Source: an uncultured Gammaproteobacteria bacterium (GTDB lineage Bacteria > Patescibacteriota > Patescibacteriia > Magasanikbacterales > UBA922). From it: a stretch of DNA of 64,000 nt. Location: the NCBI GenBank assembly GCA_964519725.1, contig CAZFKS010000007.1, forward strand, positions 1,221 to 65,220. The letters run 5' to 3'. This document shows positions 1 through 10,268 of the stretch, one piece after another (within the stretch, counting starts at the first letter, position 1; each line of letters opens with the position of its first letter). Both the position numbers and the translations under genes were made by a program. The notes under the pieces are model-generated. The model was not told the origin of the DNA, made no database searches, and saw nothing but the letters and a program-made list of their open reading frames with translations.

Positions 1-2807
1 ATGTTTGAGCCGTTCAAAGCCACTTCAACGACATAGTTATCTTCAATACTTGAATTATCAGACCACCCAATTGTTGCTCCTGTAGCCGAAACCGAACTAG
101 CTACAACACTAGTTGGTTCATTTGGCGCATCAAGTAAAGTAAACGTGGCGGTCGAAGTTGAATATGAACCAGCCCCGCCTTGAGCATCAAAATATCTAAT
201 TCGCCAATAGTAGATTGTTTGCGAATTTTCATCGGTATCATCGTTTAATGACAAATTTCTAGTTGGGGCAGTACCAAAATAACCGTATTTCAAATCCTGA
301 CAGCGCGCACCAATTGCGCAACTAGTAATACTTGTACCACTTGATCCAGAATCCCAGTGTGAAATTGTAGTAAAGGCCGAACTGGTGCTAACTTGAATAT
401 GGGCCCGGGTGGCAGTATCGCCGGTCTCGACATCACTAAAAATTGCTGAAAATGAAGGTGTGGTTGTATTTAAGAATGTTGGGTTAGTAGATCCAGATTG
501 AGCAGTACTGCTACTGGCAAATAAGGTGTAAGGAATTCCTGGTGCAATTGTGGCTGAACCAACCGAACCACGTTCACCCGCCGAAGCTGGAGAAGCATTA
601 CCAGCGGCGCCAGCAGTTGAAGTAACATTTCCTGAAAAAGTGCTATTTGCAGTTACTACCAAAATCCGGCCACCACCACCGCCACCACCACCTTCACACG
701 AAACCCCCGAACCGCCACGCCCACCGTTAGCCGTAATTGTTCCTGAACCTGCCAAAGTTGTGGCTTCAATTTTAATACCGCCACCCGCACCAGCACCACC
801 AGCTGAACCACCTGAATAGCAGGAAGCGCTACCAGCTCCCCCGTTAGCACTCACTGTACCATTAATTGTAACCGTAGTTGCAACCAACTTAATTACACCA
901 CCACCAGCCCCACCAGTATCAGTTGCACCAAGACCACCACCACCGCCAGAACCAGCTTCATATTCTGGGGTACTCGTTGTACCATAAACCGCACCACCTC
1001 TACCCGCTGGATTACGGTCTCCATCATAACTTTCACCAAAACCACCAGCACCACCATAAGCACCACCACCTCCCCAAAAAGTTCCAGTTGCACCACCGCC
1101 AGGCCCAAAACCATCGTACGCATATACACCTGCCGATCCGGTAAAATCACCATTACCACCAGCATACCCTCGTGCATTTCCGTGAATAGTACCCCCACTA
1201 TTCACAGTAATTGTTGTGGCCGAAATATTTAAACTATTATCAATCGTTGCCCGGTTAGCCTTATGTGTTAAAGTACCACTTACATTTAAAGTGGATAATG
1301 ACCAGACACTACTAGTAGTTAGACTATCAATTTCAACATACCCGTTCGCACCAATAGTTAGGTCAGTTACATTACTAATTTGAGAGATTGAAGTATATAA
1401 TTGATTTTTACCAGTAACCGTGAGTGAACTTGGTGTGCTAAAAGTTCCATTTACATCCAGAGTGGTGCTGACTGATGTATTTCCCAAGCTAGATGAGGTC
1501 ATGGTGAGGACTGTACTCGAAGTGATAATTAACTTGGCATAATTACTAAGCCACAAATTGGCAATGTTTAAACTAGATGAGGTAAAGGTACTATTGAAGT
1601 CAGTTGAAGACCCATTATTAACATACAGGTCACCATAAGTGGCTGAACTTAATTTTTTATATAAAGTTCCAGCGCCGCCATCAAGCGCGTTGTTTATATT
1701 GCCAAGCCCACCTGCCCCACCATTATATACAAAAGTACCCGAATAAGTATCTGTGTCTTGCCCAGTAATTGCAATTCGACCACCGCCGCCGCCACCAGCA
1801 CCGTCAAACGCACTGCCGTAGCCACTACCTCCGGCCGCACCAATTGCACCGCTACCAGTAAATGTGCCGCCACTGATAAAGTTAATCCAGACCGAACCAC
1901 CAGATCCACCACCACCATAACGTCCACCAGTTGAACCACCATCCCCTGCTGTAGAAGTAACCATCCCGGAAATAGTCGCTGTACCACCACCGGTGATTGA
2001 AAGTTTGATTGTTCCACCCCCTACGCCACCACAACTAAAATGCGCGTATCCACCACTTGAACCATGTTCAAATGGCGCCGTAAGGTCACCATATACATAT
2101 TGGTTTCCTAAATCTAGGTTATTATTTTGTCCACCCAAACCACCATGCGACGCACCAGTTGAATTTGAGGTTGTCCCTGCCTTACCATATCCTGGCCCAA
2201 AACCATTAGCAAATGAACCACAGCTCCCCTTGCTAAAACCCTTGGCCGTTGCGTCAATCTTTCCGCCACTTTGAATATCAACATTAGCCACTGTAAAGAC
2301 AAAACCTTTATCTTGAGTGTTAACATCAGTTGTGTTTATGGTGTGGGTAGCTGTACCGCCATTTTTAACCGTCAAAGTACCGGATAGTGTTTGATTAACA
2401 AAATTGTTTTGTTGAAGAGTACCTTTTGTACTCACAGTCAGAGAACCCGCTGTTCCCAAATTACCAGTGAGAACTAAAGTAGTTGTATAAGTAGCATCCC
2501 CACCTATATCCAAAGAATTAAAGTTAGCTGTTTGTCCTGATGACAAAGTGATTGTTAAACTAGCCGTGCTGGACGTAATTGTCACATCGTCCGCACTGGT
2601 TGGCACTGTTCCGCCGCTCCAGTTTGCACCAGTTTCCCAAGTACCAGTAGCACCACCGACCCAAGTTACACTTGCGCCCTTAGCTTTGGGAATGTAATTG
2701 CTATTAAAACTAAAAAATAATGGTCCAAAAACCAAGTAAAAAACAGTAACAAAGACTGTGACTGCAGACAGGTAAGAAAAGTAGTATTTTCTAGCCTTAA
2801 ATAACAT
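1..2807 (-). CDS. Large glycine-rich secreted or surface protein (putative parallel beta-helix adhesin-like). Partial: the C-terminus runs off the left window edge.
   Basis: Manual minus-strand translation from ATG at 2807..2805 gives MLFKARKYYFSYLSAVTVFVTVFYLVFGPLFF (N-terminal TM/signal), then more than 900 codons with no in-frame stop through to position 1. The sequence is rich in GGxGG and TGxxT repeats (…GGVGGGTIKLSITGGGTATISGMVTSTAGDGGSTGGRYGGGGSGGSVWINF…). The ORF track omits it because it is unterminated in-window. The His-rich and Pro-rich ORFs listed on both strands here are antisense or off-frame artefacts of the Gly codon repeats. Confidence 0.55.
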   Translation of the reverse strand, partial: MLFKARKYYFSYLSAVTVFVTVFYLVFGPLFFSFNSNYIPKAKGASVTWVGGATGTWETGANWSGGTVPTSADDVTITSSTASLTITLSSGQTANFNSLDIGGDATYTTTLVLTGNLGTAGSLTVSTKGTLQQNNFVNQTLSGTLTVKNGGTATHTINTTDVNTQDKGFVFTVANVDIQSGGKIDATAKGFSKGSCGSFANGFGPGYGKAGTTSNSTGASHGGLGGQNNNLDLGNQYVYGDLTAPFEHGSSGGYAHFSCGGVGGGTIKLSITGGGTATISGMVTSTAGDGGSTGGRYGGGGSGGSVWINFISGGTFTGSGAIGAAGGSGYGSAFDGAGGGGGGRIAITGQDTDTYSGTFVYNGGAGGLGNINNALDGGAGTLYKKLSSATYGDLYVNNGSSTDFNSTFTSSSLNIANLWLSNYAKLIITSSTVLTMTSSSLGNTSVSTTLDVNGTFSTPSSLTVTGKNQLYTSISQISNVTDLTIGANGYVEIDSLTTSSVWSLSTLNVSGTLTHKANRATIDNSLNISATTITVNSGGTIHGNARGYAGGNGDFTGSAGVYAYDGFGPGGGATGTFWGGGGAYGGAGGFGESYDGDRNPAGRGGAVYGTTSTPEYEAGSGGGGGLGATDTGGAGGGVIKLVATTVTINGTVSANGGAGSASCYSGGSAGGAGAGGGIKIEATTLAGSGTITANGGRGGSGVSCEGGGGGGGGRILVVTANSTFSGNVTSTAGAAGNASPASAGERGSVGSATIAPGIPYTLFASSSTAQSGSTNPTFLNTTTPSFSAIFSDVETGDTATRAHIQVSTSSAFTTISHWDSGSSGTSITSCAIGARCQDLKYGYFGTAPTRNLSLNDDTDENSQTIYYWRIRYFDAQGGAGSYSTSTATFTLLDAPNEPTSVVASSVSATGATIGWSDNSSIEDNYVVEVALNGSN

Positions 2808-2865
2808 AGAAAGACCCGATGAGGGCTTGTACAATTATATCAAATTACAATCTCACTGACGATAT

Positions 2866-2895
2866 AAAAAAGAGCCTTTGTTTAGGCTCTTTTTA
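2866..2895 (-). terminator. Intrinsic terminator hairpin downstream of the 1160-aa surface protein gene.
   Basis: AAAAAAGAGCC-tttgttt-AGGCTCTTTTT. It is a GC stem flanked by A and T runs, so it is U-rich on either strand. Confidence 0.6.
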
Positions 2896-2911
2896 AATGG
2901 GTGTGGACAAA

Positions 2912-5900
2912 TTATTTGTTCAAAGCTTCCCAAGTCATTGGACCAACGTTTCCAGTCTGAGAAATGCCTTTGGCTTTTTGGAAACTTTTTACGGCTGCTC
3001 CAGTAGTTGGGCCAAAGTAGCCATTTGGTGTCACATTTTTAGGGAAGAAACCAAGACTTTGCAATTTCTGCTGCACCCAAGTGACTTCTGCGCCAGAATT
3101 ACCTGGATATAAATTCTTTTTAGCAGGCACTGTCACTGGCGCGGCTGATTTTGATTCACTAATTACTCCACCAAAAATTACTTGCCAGGTCGCTGTGTCA
3201 ACAATACCATCAACTTTTAGTCCTTTGGCTTTTTCAAATGCTTTGACTGAGGCTTCAGTCGTTGGGCCAAAGATACTATTAGCCGCAATATTTTTTGGGA
3301 AATAACCTTGCTTTTGCAATTCTACTTGGAGTTGTTTGACATCAGCTCCACTAACATTTCGCTTCAAAGTTCGGCTAAGACTTGGAACACTTGGCTGCGC
3401 CGGAGTCACTGGTGTGGTTGGTGTTGTTGGCTCTTCGATGGTCGGGGCACTGTTGTTTGCCAAGGTAATAGTGTCTGATACTGAAACCATACCGCCTTGA
3501 GCACTACGCAAACGAGCGTACACAGTTTTTTGGCCGTTTCCACTGGAAAGCATCCAAACCATTGGTGAACTGTATGACACAAAGGCCGCTCCAGCAAAGT
3601 TTGGGTCATTAGACAAAGCTACTTGCGCAATATTACTACCATTAAACATTACTTTTACAGTCCGAGAATTAGTTTCATAAGCCCCAGCTTGGATCGTAAA
3701 CGCATTTTTTAACTCATTTTCATCAGTTAAATTTTTAATAACTACTTTGGCTTTGCCTTGTACCAAACCGCCATAAGTCGCACGGACATCAGCAATTTGA
3801 TCATTATTAGTATCAACGTCTTTTGGTACGTTCACTGTTAAAGCCACGGTAATTGGCTCAGACTGAATTCGCAAATTCATGGTTTTTTCTGTCGCACTCA
3901 AATAGGTAAAGGTGTGCGTACTTGCACCCAATGTTCTAGTTACTGGTACATTGGCTGCCAAACTTATTTCAGCTTGTTGTGAAGCAGAAACAGGTGCTGG
4001 CGCAGTTGGTACAGCCGGTGGGCTAGCCGCTGGTGCTGCCCCACCACTATCACCACTGTTTCCTCCTCCGCCACCAGATGAAGCGGCACTGGTAGCAACA
4101 GCAGTTGAATTAGACGAATAACTACTGTAGGAATCATTATCTTGCAAGAATTGGGCCCGAACTTTGAACTGATACTCAGTACTCGCACTCAGCCCAGTGA
4201 CAGTGTAGGTTGTTTGAGTCGTTGTTGCCACAACTGCGCCAGTGGTTACATTATAAAGTTGATACTTAGTTCCTGAACCATTATCTGAAGTCCAACTAAC
4301 AATTAAGCTACTCGCCCCGTTATTGGTCGCAGAAATTGCGGTTGGTGCACTGGCATCAGTGTAGGTTGAAGTTGCCGCCGAATAACTACTGGTATTACTG
4401 TAGGTATCCTGCGCTTTAACTTGGAATAAATATTGAGTATTAGGTACCAAATTAACATACGCTGTTGTGGTTGCACTGGTACTAGTGGCTGAAGCGGTCA
4501 ATGCCGTACTGCTGGCAAAATACAAAGTTGGCGTTCCGGTTGAAGCTGTCCAAAGCAATGACAAACTCGTTGTTTCCACCGAAGCAAATGTTAGTTCTGA
4601 CGGTAATCCAGGCGCTTGGTTATCCACAGTAAACGCCGTGGTTAATTGGTAACTTCCCACTGATATTCCGTCGTCAGCTAAAAATCTAAGTTTAACATTA
4701 CTTGTACTCGAAGCTGCCAAAATGACTGAGGTATCCCAAGTAAATGAAATCTGTTGATCACCGTCAGTGGTTGTGATTCCTAAAATTCTGCCTGTCGCGG
4801 TCGATAAAGAACCACTTTCACCACTGGCACTCGCAATGGTGCTTGAGGTCCAAGTTGATCCTCCATCTAACGAATAATCAACATATAAAGTGGCCGAGTC
4901 GCGATTAGAATCAGCGACCGTTGTAGTCACAGTGATAATACCACTCGCATTGCGCGCCTGAGTTATTCCTGGTTCCACAGTTAAACTAGCTGGACTATTG
5001 TAATTTGCAATTCGCATTGAACTAGTGGCAAATCTAATTCTATATCCAGAAGTGTAGGCAACGGCTAAGGTTTGACTGGAAGTTACATACGTTAAGCCAA
5101 TTCCTGACTTTAGGTTTATATACTCACCATTTACATCATCCGTTATAAACGATGTACTGGTATTTATTTTTGCATATGCCACTGAGCTGGTAGCTACATA
5201 CATTGCTACGGTTTTACCTGAAGCTGGAGCAACAATTGAACTAGCTCTCATTTGGAAATTACTACTACCGGCAGTAGTAGTTGCTGTCAAAGGCACGGTA
5301 TTAGCTAGTGTTGTAGTGGTCCAACTACCATTAGCGCTCAATTGACCATAAACGACACGCATACTAACTCCGGCGATTCCGCTACCCATCTGCGAAAAAT
5401 CATAACTTGTAGCTTGGTAATACAAAACCTGTAGTAGATTATCTGGATCAAGAGCACTGGTATTAAGATTACATTCAAAACACGCAACATCAGTTGAAAA
5501 GACTGACTGTACTGTGCTAATTGTGGTTGATGCCCAGGTAAGACCTAAGTCTGTGGAAGACGCGTAACTGATTTGATACCCCATGGCAGTAGAGGTAGCG
5601 GTAGCATAGATAGCATGAATTACATTTGTGCCATTAGCCTTACTAATACTGAGACCAATCGGAACAATGAGCGGGTCATTGGTATTAACATCTTGGTAGA
5701 AACTGACTGGCACTACTGTCTTAGCCGAAGAAAGAACCCCACCAGTGATGGTTGAGGTCACCACATATAACCCATTAGTGCGGTTAGTTGCCAAGACAGC
5801 GTACATATCGGTTGACGTAGCACTTGCTAAAGCGCTCTCTGACCGAGAAGATACATTGGAATTTAAAGCTAGGGTTGATGTCCAGCTTCCACCCCCATTT

Positions 5901-6394
5901 TGGGTGGTTGCCAAATAAACTTTACGATTATTTGCGCTCCCTTCTGTAAAACTAACTAAATAGGTTTGGTTATAGGTATCAAAAATAAAACCACCCAAAA
6001 CCATCCCACCATCAAAACGAGCAGTTGTGGTTACTGTTCTGGTAGGACTCCAGGTTATACCGTCGGTTGAGGTCGTAAAGTAGATTCCGCAATATCCATT
6101 ACCACTACTTGAGACACCACAAGAAGAAGTCGGTGAAGCAGTTGAAATACTTGAACTACTAAAAAGCATTGCGTACTCACTACGAGACGGAACATATAAC
6201 AATTTAACTTGGGTGTCGCCTGGCACCCGACTTTTAGCCGTCACTGCAGAACTATAGCTTAATTGGGCCGCTTCAGTTTCATCAGCATTTCCAAACCAAT
6301 TTGGAAACCACAAACTCCACACTGCTACTGAAAAAAGGAGACTCAAAATAAAATAAAGTGGAAAATTAAGTCTTATTTTTTCACGGAAACTCAT
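2912..6394 (-). CDS. Very large secreted cell-surface protein (1160 aa). It has BNR/Asp-box (sialidase-like) repeats, two fibronectin-III-like domains, and two C-terminal peptidoglycan-binding (PG_binding_1-like) domains.
   Basis: The N-terminal hydrophobic signal/TM is MSFREKIRLNFPLYFILSLLFSVAVWSLW. SxDxGxTW-type motifs include STDGITWSP, NGGGSWTST, SLDGGSTWTSS and TDLGLTWAS. FN3-like segments are (…LSLLWTAS…YLFQVKAQD and …LIVSWTS…YQFKVRAQ). There is a GGGGGNSGDSGG linker. Two C-terminal repeats (…GYFPKNIAANSIFGPTTEASVKAFEKAKGLKVDGIVDTATWQVI and …GFFPKNVTPNGYFGPTTGAAVKSFQKAKGISQTGNVGPMTWEAL) match the PG-binding-domain consensus. Confidence 0.8.
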   Translation of the reverse strand: MSFREKIRLNFPLYFILSLLFSVAVWSLWFPNWFGNADETEAAQLSYSSAVTAKSRVPGDTQVKLLYVPSRSEYAMLFSSSSISTASPTSSCGVSSSGNGYCGIYFTTSTDGITWSPTRTVTTTARFDGGMVLGGFIFDTYNQTYLVSFTEGSANNRKVYLATTQNGGGSWTSTLALNSNVSSRSESALASATSTDMYAVLATNRTNGLYVVTSTITGGVLSSAKTVVPVSFYQDVNTNDPLIVPIGLSISKANGTNVIHAIYATATSTAMGYQISYASSTDLGLTWASTTISTVQSVFSTDVACFECNLNTSALDPDNLLQVLYYQATSYDFSQMGSGIAGVSMRVVYGQLSANGSWTTTTLANTVPLTATTTAGSSNFQMRASSIVAPASGKTVAMYVATSSVAYAKINTSTSFITDDVNGEYINLKSGIGLTYVTSSQTLAVAYTSGYRIRFATSSMRIANYNSPASLTVEPGITQARNASGIITVTTTVADSNRDSATLYVDYSLDGGSTWTSSTIASASGESGSLSTATGRILGITTTDGDQQISFTWDTSVILAASSTSNVKLRFLADDGISVGSYQLTTAFTVDNQAPGLPSELTFASVETTSLSLLWTASTGTPTLYFASSTALTASATSTSATTTAYVNLVPNTQYLFQVKAQDTYSNTSSYSAATSTYTDASAPTAISATNNGASSLIVSWTSDNGSGTKYQLYNVTTGAVVATTTQTTYTVTGLSASTEYQFKVRAQFLQDNDSYSSYSSNSTAVATSAASSGGGGGNSGDSGGAAPAASPPAVPTAPAPVSASQQAEISLAANVPVTRTLGASTHTFTYLSATEKTMNLRIQSEPITVALTVNVPKDVDTNNDQIADVRATYGGLVQGKAKVVIKNLTDENELKNAFTIQAGAYETNSRTVKVMFNGSNIAQVALSNDPNFAGAAFVSYSSPMVWMLSSGNGQKTVYARLRSAQGGMVSVSDTITLANNSAPTIEEPTTPTTPVTPAQPSVPSLSRTLKRNVSGADVKQLQVELQKQGYFPKNIAANSIFGPTTEASVKAFEKAKGLKVDGIVDTATWQVIFGGVISESKSAAPVTVPAKKNLYPGNSGAEVTWVQQKLQSLGFFPKNVTPNGYFGPTTGAAVKSFQKAKGISQTGNVGPMTWEALNK

Positions 6395-6456
6395 ATACTA
6401 AAATAAATGGCAGTTAAAGTTAGGCCACCTAAGTATACAATATTTTTGTACAAACC

Positions 6457-6484
6457 AAAAGGCCCGCTGTTCGCGAGGCCTTCA
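6457..6484 (-). terminator. Intrinsic terminator after tsf.
   Basis: AAAAGGCCCGC-tgtt-CGCGAGGCCTT. On the minus strand the hairpin is followed by UUUUGGUUU. Confidence 0.55.
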
Positions 6485-6511
6485 AACTGTGGACAATTTT
6501 TTGCTCAAAAC

Positions 6512-7162
6512 TTATTTACTGAGTTCATGGCCAACTTCAGCTGCAAAATCAGTCACCGGCTTCTCAATTCCTTCACCCAGTTCAAAGCGAACAAAGCGAC
6601 GAATTGAAATTTTTTCACCAATCTCACCTACTTTACTTGTTAAGAGTTGCTCAATCGTTTTTTCTTCGTCTTTGATAAAGGTTTGTTCTAAGAGACAAAT
6701 TTCACTGTAGAACTTACCCATTTTACCTTCCAGAATTTTTTCTACCATTTCCGCTGGCTTGCCTTCAGCTACTAATTGGTCGCGGTACACGGCTTTTTCG
6801 CGTTCCAAAACTTCTGGCGAAACTTCAGTGCGACTGAGATATTTTGGCGCCGCTGCCGCGATATGCATGGCAATGTCAGTCGCCAAAGCGCGAAAACCAT
6901 CAGTACGAGCCACAAAATCAGTTTCGCAGTTAAGTTCTAAGAGTACGCCAATCCGGCCAGCCCCGTGGATATAACTAGTTACCACCCCTTCGGCTGCCAC
7001 CTTATCAGCGCGTTTAGCCGCTTTAGTAGCACCCTTTTTGCGGAGTACATCAACCGCGGCCTCAAAATCACCGTTAGTTTCTTCTAAAGCTTTTTTACAA
7101 TCAAGCATGCCTGCTCCGGTTTGGGCCCGAAGTTTGGCAACATCAGCTGCAGTGATCGCCAT
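6512..7162 (-). CDS. tsf: Elongation factor Ts (short form, 216 aa).
   Basis: The N-terminus MAITAADVAKLRAQTGAGMLDCKKALEETNGDFEAAVDVLRKKG is the canonical EF-Ts UBA-like N-domain. It sits immediately downstream of rpsB, the conserved rpsB-tsf order. Confidence 0.9.
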   Translation of the reverse strand: MAITAADVAKLRAQTGAGMLDCKKALEETNGDFEAAVDVLRKKGATKAAKRADKVAAEGVVTSYIHGAGRIGVLLELNCETDFVARTDGFRALATDIAMHIAAAAPKYLSRTEVSPEVLEREKAVYRDQLVAEGKPAEMVEKILEGKMGKFYSEICLLEQTFIKDEEKTIEQLLTSKVGEIGEKISIRRFVRFELGEGIEKPVTDFAAEVGHELSK

Positions 7163-7198
7163 ATAACAAAAAATTAATTGTAAATAATTGGACGAGGA

Positions 7199-7882
7199 TT
7201 AGGCGTTTTTACCAGCCTTGATTGTGTCACGAACTAGGTCAATCATCATGGTCAAAGATTTAACCGCATCATCATTAGCTGGAATTGGATAGGTCACTTT
7301 GTCTGGGTTAGCGTTAGTGTCGCAAATACCGATGATTGGTACATTCATTTTATTGGCCTCAACCACAGCGGTTTTTTCACGTTGTACAGAAGGGATAAAG
7401 AGAGCGTCTGGCATGCGTTCCAAAGTCGCGAGGCCAGCCAAGTAAGTGTCCATTTTTTCTAATTCCTTAGCAATTTCAAGTTGTTCTTTTTTAGTATAAT
7501 TGCCCAGCTCACCCTTAGCTTGCTTTTCTTTCAGAGTGTTGTATTTTTTGATGAGCTTTTTGATTTCCGCAAAGTTGGTAAGTAAACCGCCTAACCAGCG
7601 TTCGGTTAAGTATGGCATACCACAAGCAATCGCTGCTTGTTTTACCAGCTCACGGGCTTGTGGCTTGGTGGTCACAAACACGATTTGCTTACCTTCAGCC
7701 GCCATTTGTTTAATGGCTGGAAGAATAGCGTTTAACTGTTCCTCGGTTTTTTCGAGGTTAATAATGTGAATCTGATTGCGTTCACCAAAGATGAATTGCT
7801 TCATTTTTGGGTGCCAACGAGACACATGGTGACCAAAGTGGACACCTGACTGGAGCATGTCCAGTACTGATGGGGTTTTCAT
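7199..7882 (-). CDS. rpsB: 30S ribosomal protein S2.
   Basis: MKTPSVLDMLQSGVHFGHHVSRWHPKMKQFIFGERN… is the S2 signature. A GGAGG RBS sits upstream on the minus strand. Confidence 0.95.
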   Translation of the reverse strand: MKTPSVLDMLQSGVHFGHHVSRWHPKMKQFIFGERNQIHIINLEKTEEQLNAILPAIKQMAAEGKQIVFVTTKPQARELVKQAAIACGMPYLTERWLGGLLTNFAEIKKLIKKYNTLKEKQAKGELGNYTKKEQLEIAKELEKMDTYLAGLATLERMPDALFIPSVQREKTAVVEANKMNVPIIGICDTNANPDKVTYPIPANDDAVKSLTMMIDLVRDTIKAGKNA

Positions 7883-8054
7883 ATTTCCTTTTAACCTCCT
7901 GCTGTTTGCCTTGGGGATGGCCCAAAGAGGAAATTGGTCAGCAGTGAGAGATAAATAATGGGCCTAGTCTAACCTAAAGCTCTTTTTTTGTCAAGTTAGC
8001 CAAAAATTGGAACTTCACCAGATTTTGTGCTAAAATTGAAAAAATCTTTTATAT

Positions 8055-9848
8055 ATGAAGCTGACCGAACAATACGTTCCCAAAGACGTCCAAGATTTGA
8101 GTCAAATAGACAGCCCAGAAGCAACGGTCGAGTCACCGTCACCCAATATGGCTGAAATCGGCCAGCCCTCGTCTAGCTCAGACAACCCCCAGAAACTGCG
8201 CTCCCAACTAGACGAACTTGATCGGCAACTAAACTCAAGCATTTTTGCCAAAAAGGATAATCTTCCACACCTTGAGGCGTTATATAGTCGAACCAAGGCA
8301 AGACGTGATGCTATTGCCGAACAAATAACTGAAATCGAAGAAAAACCTCGACGCGAGGCCGAAGCTGCTGAATTGGCCAGAAAACAAGAAATTGTAAAAA
8401 ACATCCGCGAAAAAACCAAACAAAAAATTGATTTCTTTACCAAACTCAGAAATACCCCCGAACCTTCACCTTACCAATCGTCAGAGGACCGTGATTTTAT
8501 TGAAGCCGAATTGGCTAAAATCGATCAAATCATACCAATCATGACTGAAGCGATTGTTGATCATCGTTCAGCTCGCAGCAACTTAGCACAAGAAATGGAA
8601 GCAAAAATCCGCAATTATGAAAAAATTCGTCATGCGTACTACGAAGATTTAATTGCCCTTGAAGAAAAAGAACGGGACAGTGAAATTAATCAGGAAATCA
8701 CTGATCTAATTAAACAAAGCCAATTACCAGCTGAGCTTGAAAACTTTGTCAGTACAGAAGAAGTAATCACTGAACTCATCAATCGTGGCTATCGGCCCCA
8801 GACTAAAAAAACGTCCCTCTCTGAAAACCTTCTGGCCATCGTTCGTGGCCAAATAGAGGCCAGCAAACAAACTCTCCTACTTAAATTTTCCGAAGTTAAA
8901 TTCGATTCAAACGGTGAGCCGCTCCTTGGTTTGTGGGGGCGTATTACAGGCAAGATCAAAACTATTAAGAATACGGCAGAATACCAAAAATTCAAACTCT
9001 TATTGGATTTTGGTAATTTTTTAACAACCAAACCACAACCCATTGAGACTGCGTCACCCAAACAACGGACTAGCAAAAAACAACAGTCACTCTCAAAACT
9101 TAGACCAATTTTAGCCTCTGGCGTAGCAGCCATAACTGCATCCAGTAATGTAGAAGAAAAAACAGACTACACACCAACTTTCGAACCAGCCGCCTCAACT
9201 ATCACTACCAACAAGAATCAAACCACTGAATCAGTTCAAGCTATTGACTCAACCCCAACCATAGTGGTTGAACCACGGACAGCCGAACCTGAAAAATCCA
9301 TGGCTTCAGCCGCCCTTGAACCAGAAGCAAACATCGTGACTAAAACTAATCCTAGTCCACGCACTCGTTCAGAAAAAACCATTCTAACTGAGGCAAAATT
9401 TACCAATCCCACCTCAAAGCGCACTGAACAGTTAATGGCTGACGCCTTTTCACCAGCCAAGAGCGTGGTTTCTGAGTCAGACAGTGAGGCCGAAGATACT
9501 GATCTAGTTGATAATACTGAAGTAAAACCACAAAAAGAGTCTAAAAAAGTATCTAAACATAAACAAACCGCCGCTGAAATTGTAGCTAGTTTAGGTCTTA
9601 ACTCAATTCCCGCCGAAATGCGCGTAGAGACAAAAGCAGTAACTGGGTTATCTGCCCCTGAATTAAACCAACTTACCAGACGTCTTCAAAAATTAGGCTT
9701 TAGTTCACCCGACCAATCTCGCATTATCAGCACTACTGCTAAACTGATTAAGGACCTATCCCCAGACAGTCGGGCCAAAAAACTGGCCTCAATTCAGCAA
9801 ATGGATTACCAGAAGCTAAGGAAGTTATTTAGAAATAGCCTATTATAG
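8055..9848 (+). CDS. Hypothetical protein. N-terminal coiled-coil region, C-terminal Ser/Thr/Pro/Lys-rich low-complexity region.
   Basis: 597-aa ORF with no recognisable catalytic motifs. It is charged and heptad-like (…RDAIAEQITEIEEKPRREAEAAELARKQEIVKNIREK…) and ends in a long S/T/P-rich tail. Confidence 0.45.
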   Translation: MKLTEQYVPKDVQDLSQIDSPEATVESPSPNMAEIGQPSSSSDNPQKLRSQLDELDRQLNSSIFAKKDNLPHLEALYSRTKARRDAIAEQITEIEEKPRREAEAAELARKQEIVKNIREKTKQKIDFFTKLRNTPEPSPYQSSEDRDFIEAELAKIDQIIPIMTEAIVDHRSARSNLAQEMEAKIRNYEKIRHAYYEDLIALEEKERDSEINQEITDLIKQSQLPAELENFVSTEEVITELINRGYRPQTKKTSLSENLLAIVRGQIEASKQTLLLKFSEVKFDSNGEPLLGLWGRITGKIKTIKNTAEYQKFKLLLDFGNFLTTKPQPIETASPKQRTSKKQQSLSKLRPILASGVAAITASSNVEEKTDYTPTFEPAASTITTNKNQTTESVQAIDSTPTIVVEPRTAEPEKSMASAALEPEANIVTKTNPSPRTRSEKTILTEAKFTNPTSKRTEQLMADAFSPAKSVVSESDSEAEDTDLVDNTEVKPQKESKKVSKHKQTAAEIVASLGLNSIPAEMRVETKAVTGLSAPELNQLTRRLQKLGFSSPDQSRIISTTAKLIKDLSPDSRAKKLASIQQMDYQKLRKLFRNSLL

Positions 9849-9852
9849 CCTC

Positions 9853-9882
9853 TTGACAAGAACCGGGCGTCTATGGTACACT
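9853..9882 (+). promoter_or_regulatory. Sigma70-like promoter for rpmE.
   Basis: TTGACA (9853-9858), an 18-nt spacer, then TACACT (9877-9882). The -35 sits in the motif TCTTGACAAGAACC, which recurs at other promoters in the window. Confidence 0.5.
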
Positions 9883-9904
9883 CCTCGCACTAAAATAAGT
9901 CTTT

Positions 9905-10207
9905 ATGAAGCCAAAGATTCACCCAAATTATTCTTCAAATGTAACCGTTACCTGCTCTTGTGGTAATACTTTTGTGACTGGTTCAACCAAGGACATGCTC
10001 CGGGTTGAAATCTGCGGCGCTTGCCACCCATTTTACACTGGCCAAGAACGTTTGATCGACACTGCTCGTCGGGTTGAGAAATTCCAAGACAAAATGGCTA
10101 AAATTGAAGCTGCTGGTGGTATTAAAGCCAAAAAAGTTAAAGACGCTGTCCGCAAGGCTAAGAAAGCTGAAGCTGCTAAGACAAAAAAGGCTGAAGACGC
10201 TAAATAG
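9905..10207 (+). CDS. rpmE: 50S ribosomal protein L31 (Zn-ribbon type) with a Lys/Ala-rich C-terminal extension.
   Basis: [60 protein letters not shown] is the L31 consensus, with CxC…CxxC. The roughly 30-aa [17 protein letters not shown] tail is an extension. Confidence 0.9.
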   Translation: MKPKIHPNYSSNVTVTCSCGNTFVTGSTKDMLRVEICGACHPFYTGQERLIDTARRVEKFQDKMAKIEAAGGIKAKKVKDAVRKAKKAEAAKTKKAEDAK

Positions 10208-10220
10208 TTTTGAACATTTA

Positions 10221-10248
10221 AAAAGCAGGTATTTATGCCTGTTTTTTA
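10221..10248 (+). terminator. Weak intrinsic terminator after rpmE.
   Basis: AAAAGCAGG-tatttat-GCCTGTTTTTTATTTT. Confidence 0.4.
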
Positions 10249-10268
10249 TTTTAGTGTAAAATACCTGT

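Noticed and set aside
550-2326. Poly-Pro and His-rich ORFs: 550..819 (plus), 923..1144 (plus), 893..1198 (minus), 1694..2017 (minus), 1993..2274 (plus), 2114..2326 (minus).
   Set aside because: Antisense or off-frame translations of the GGN-repeat codons of the large Gly-rich gene. The real frame is the unterminated minus-strand ORF from 2807 to the window edge.
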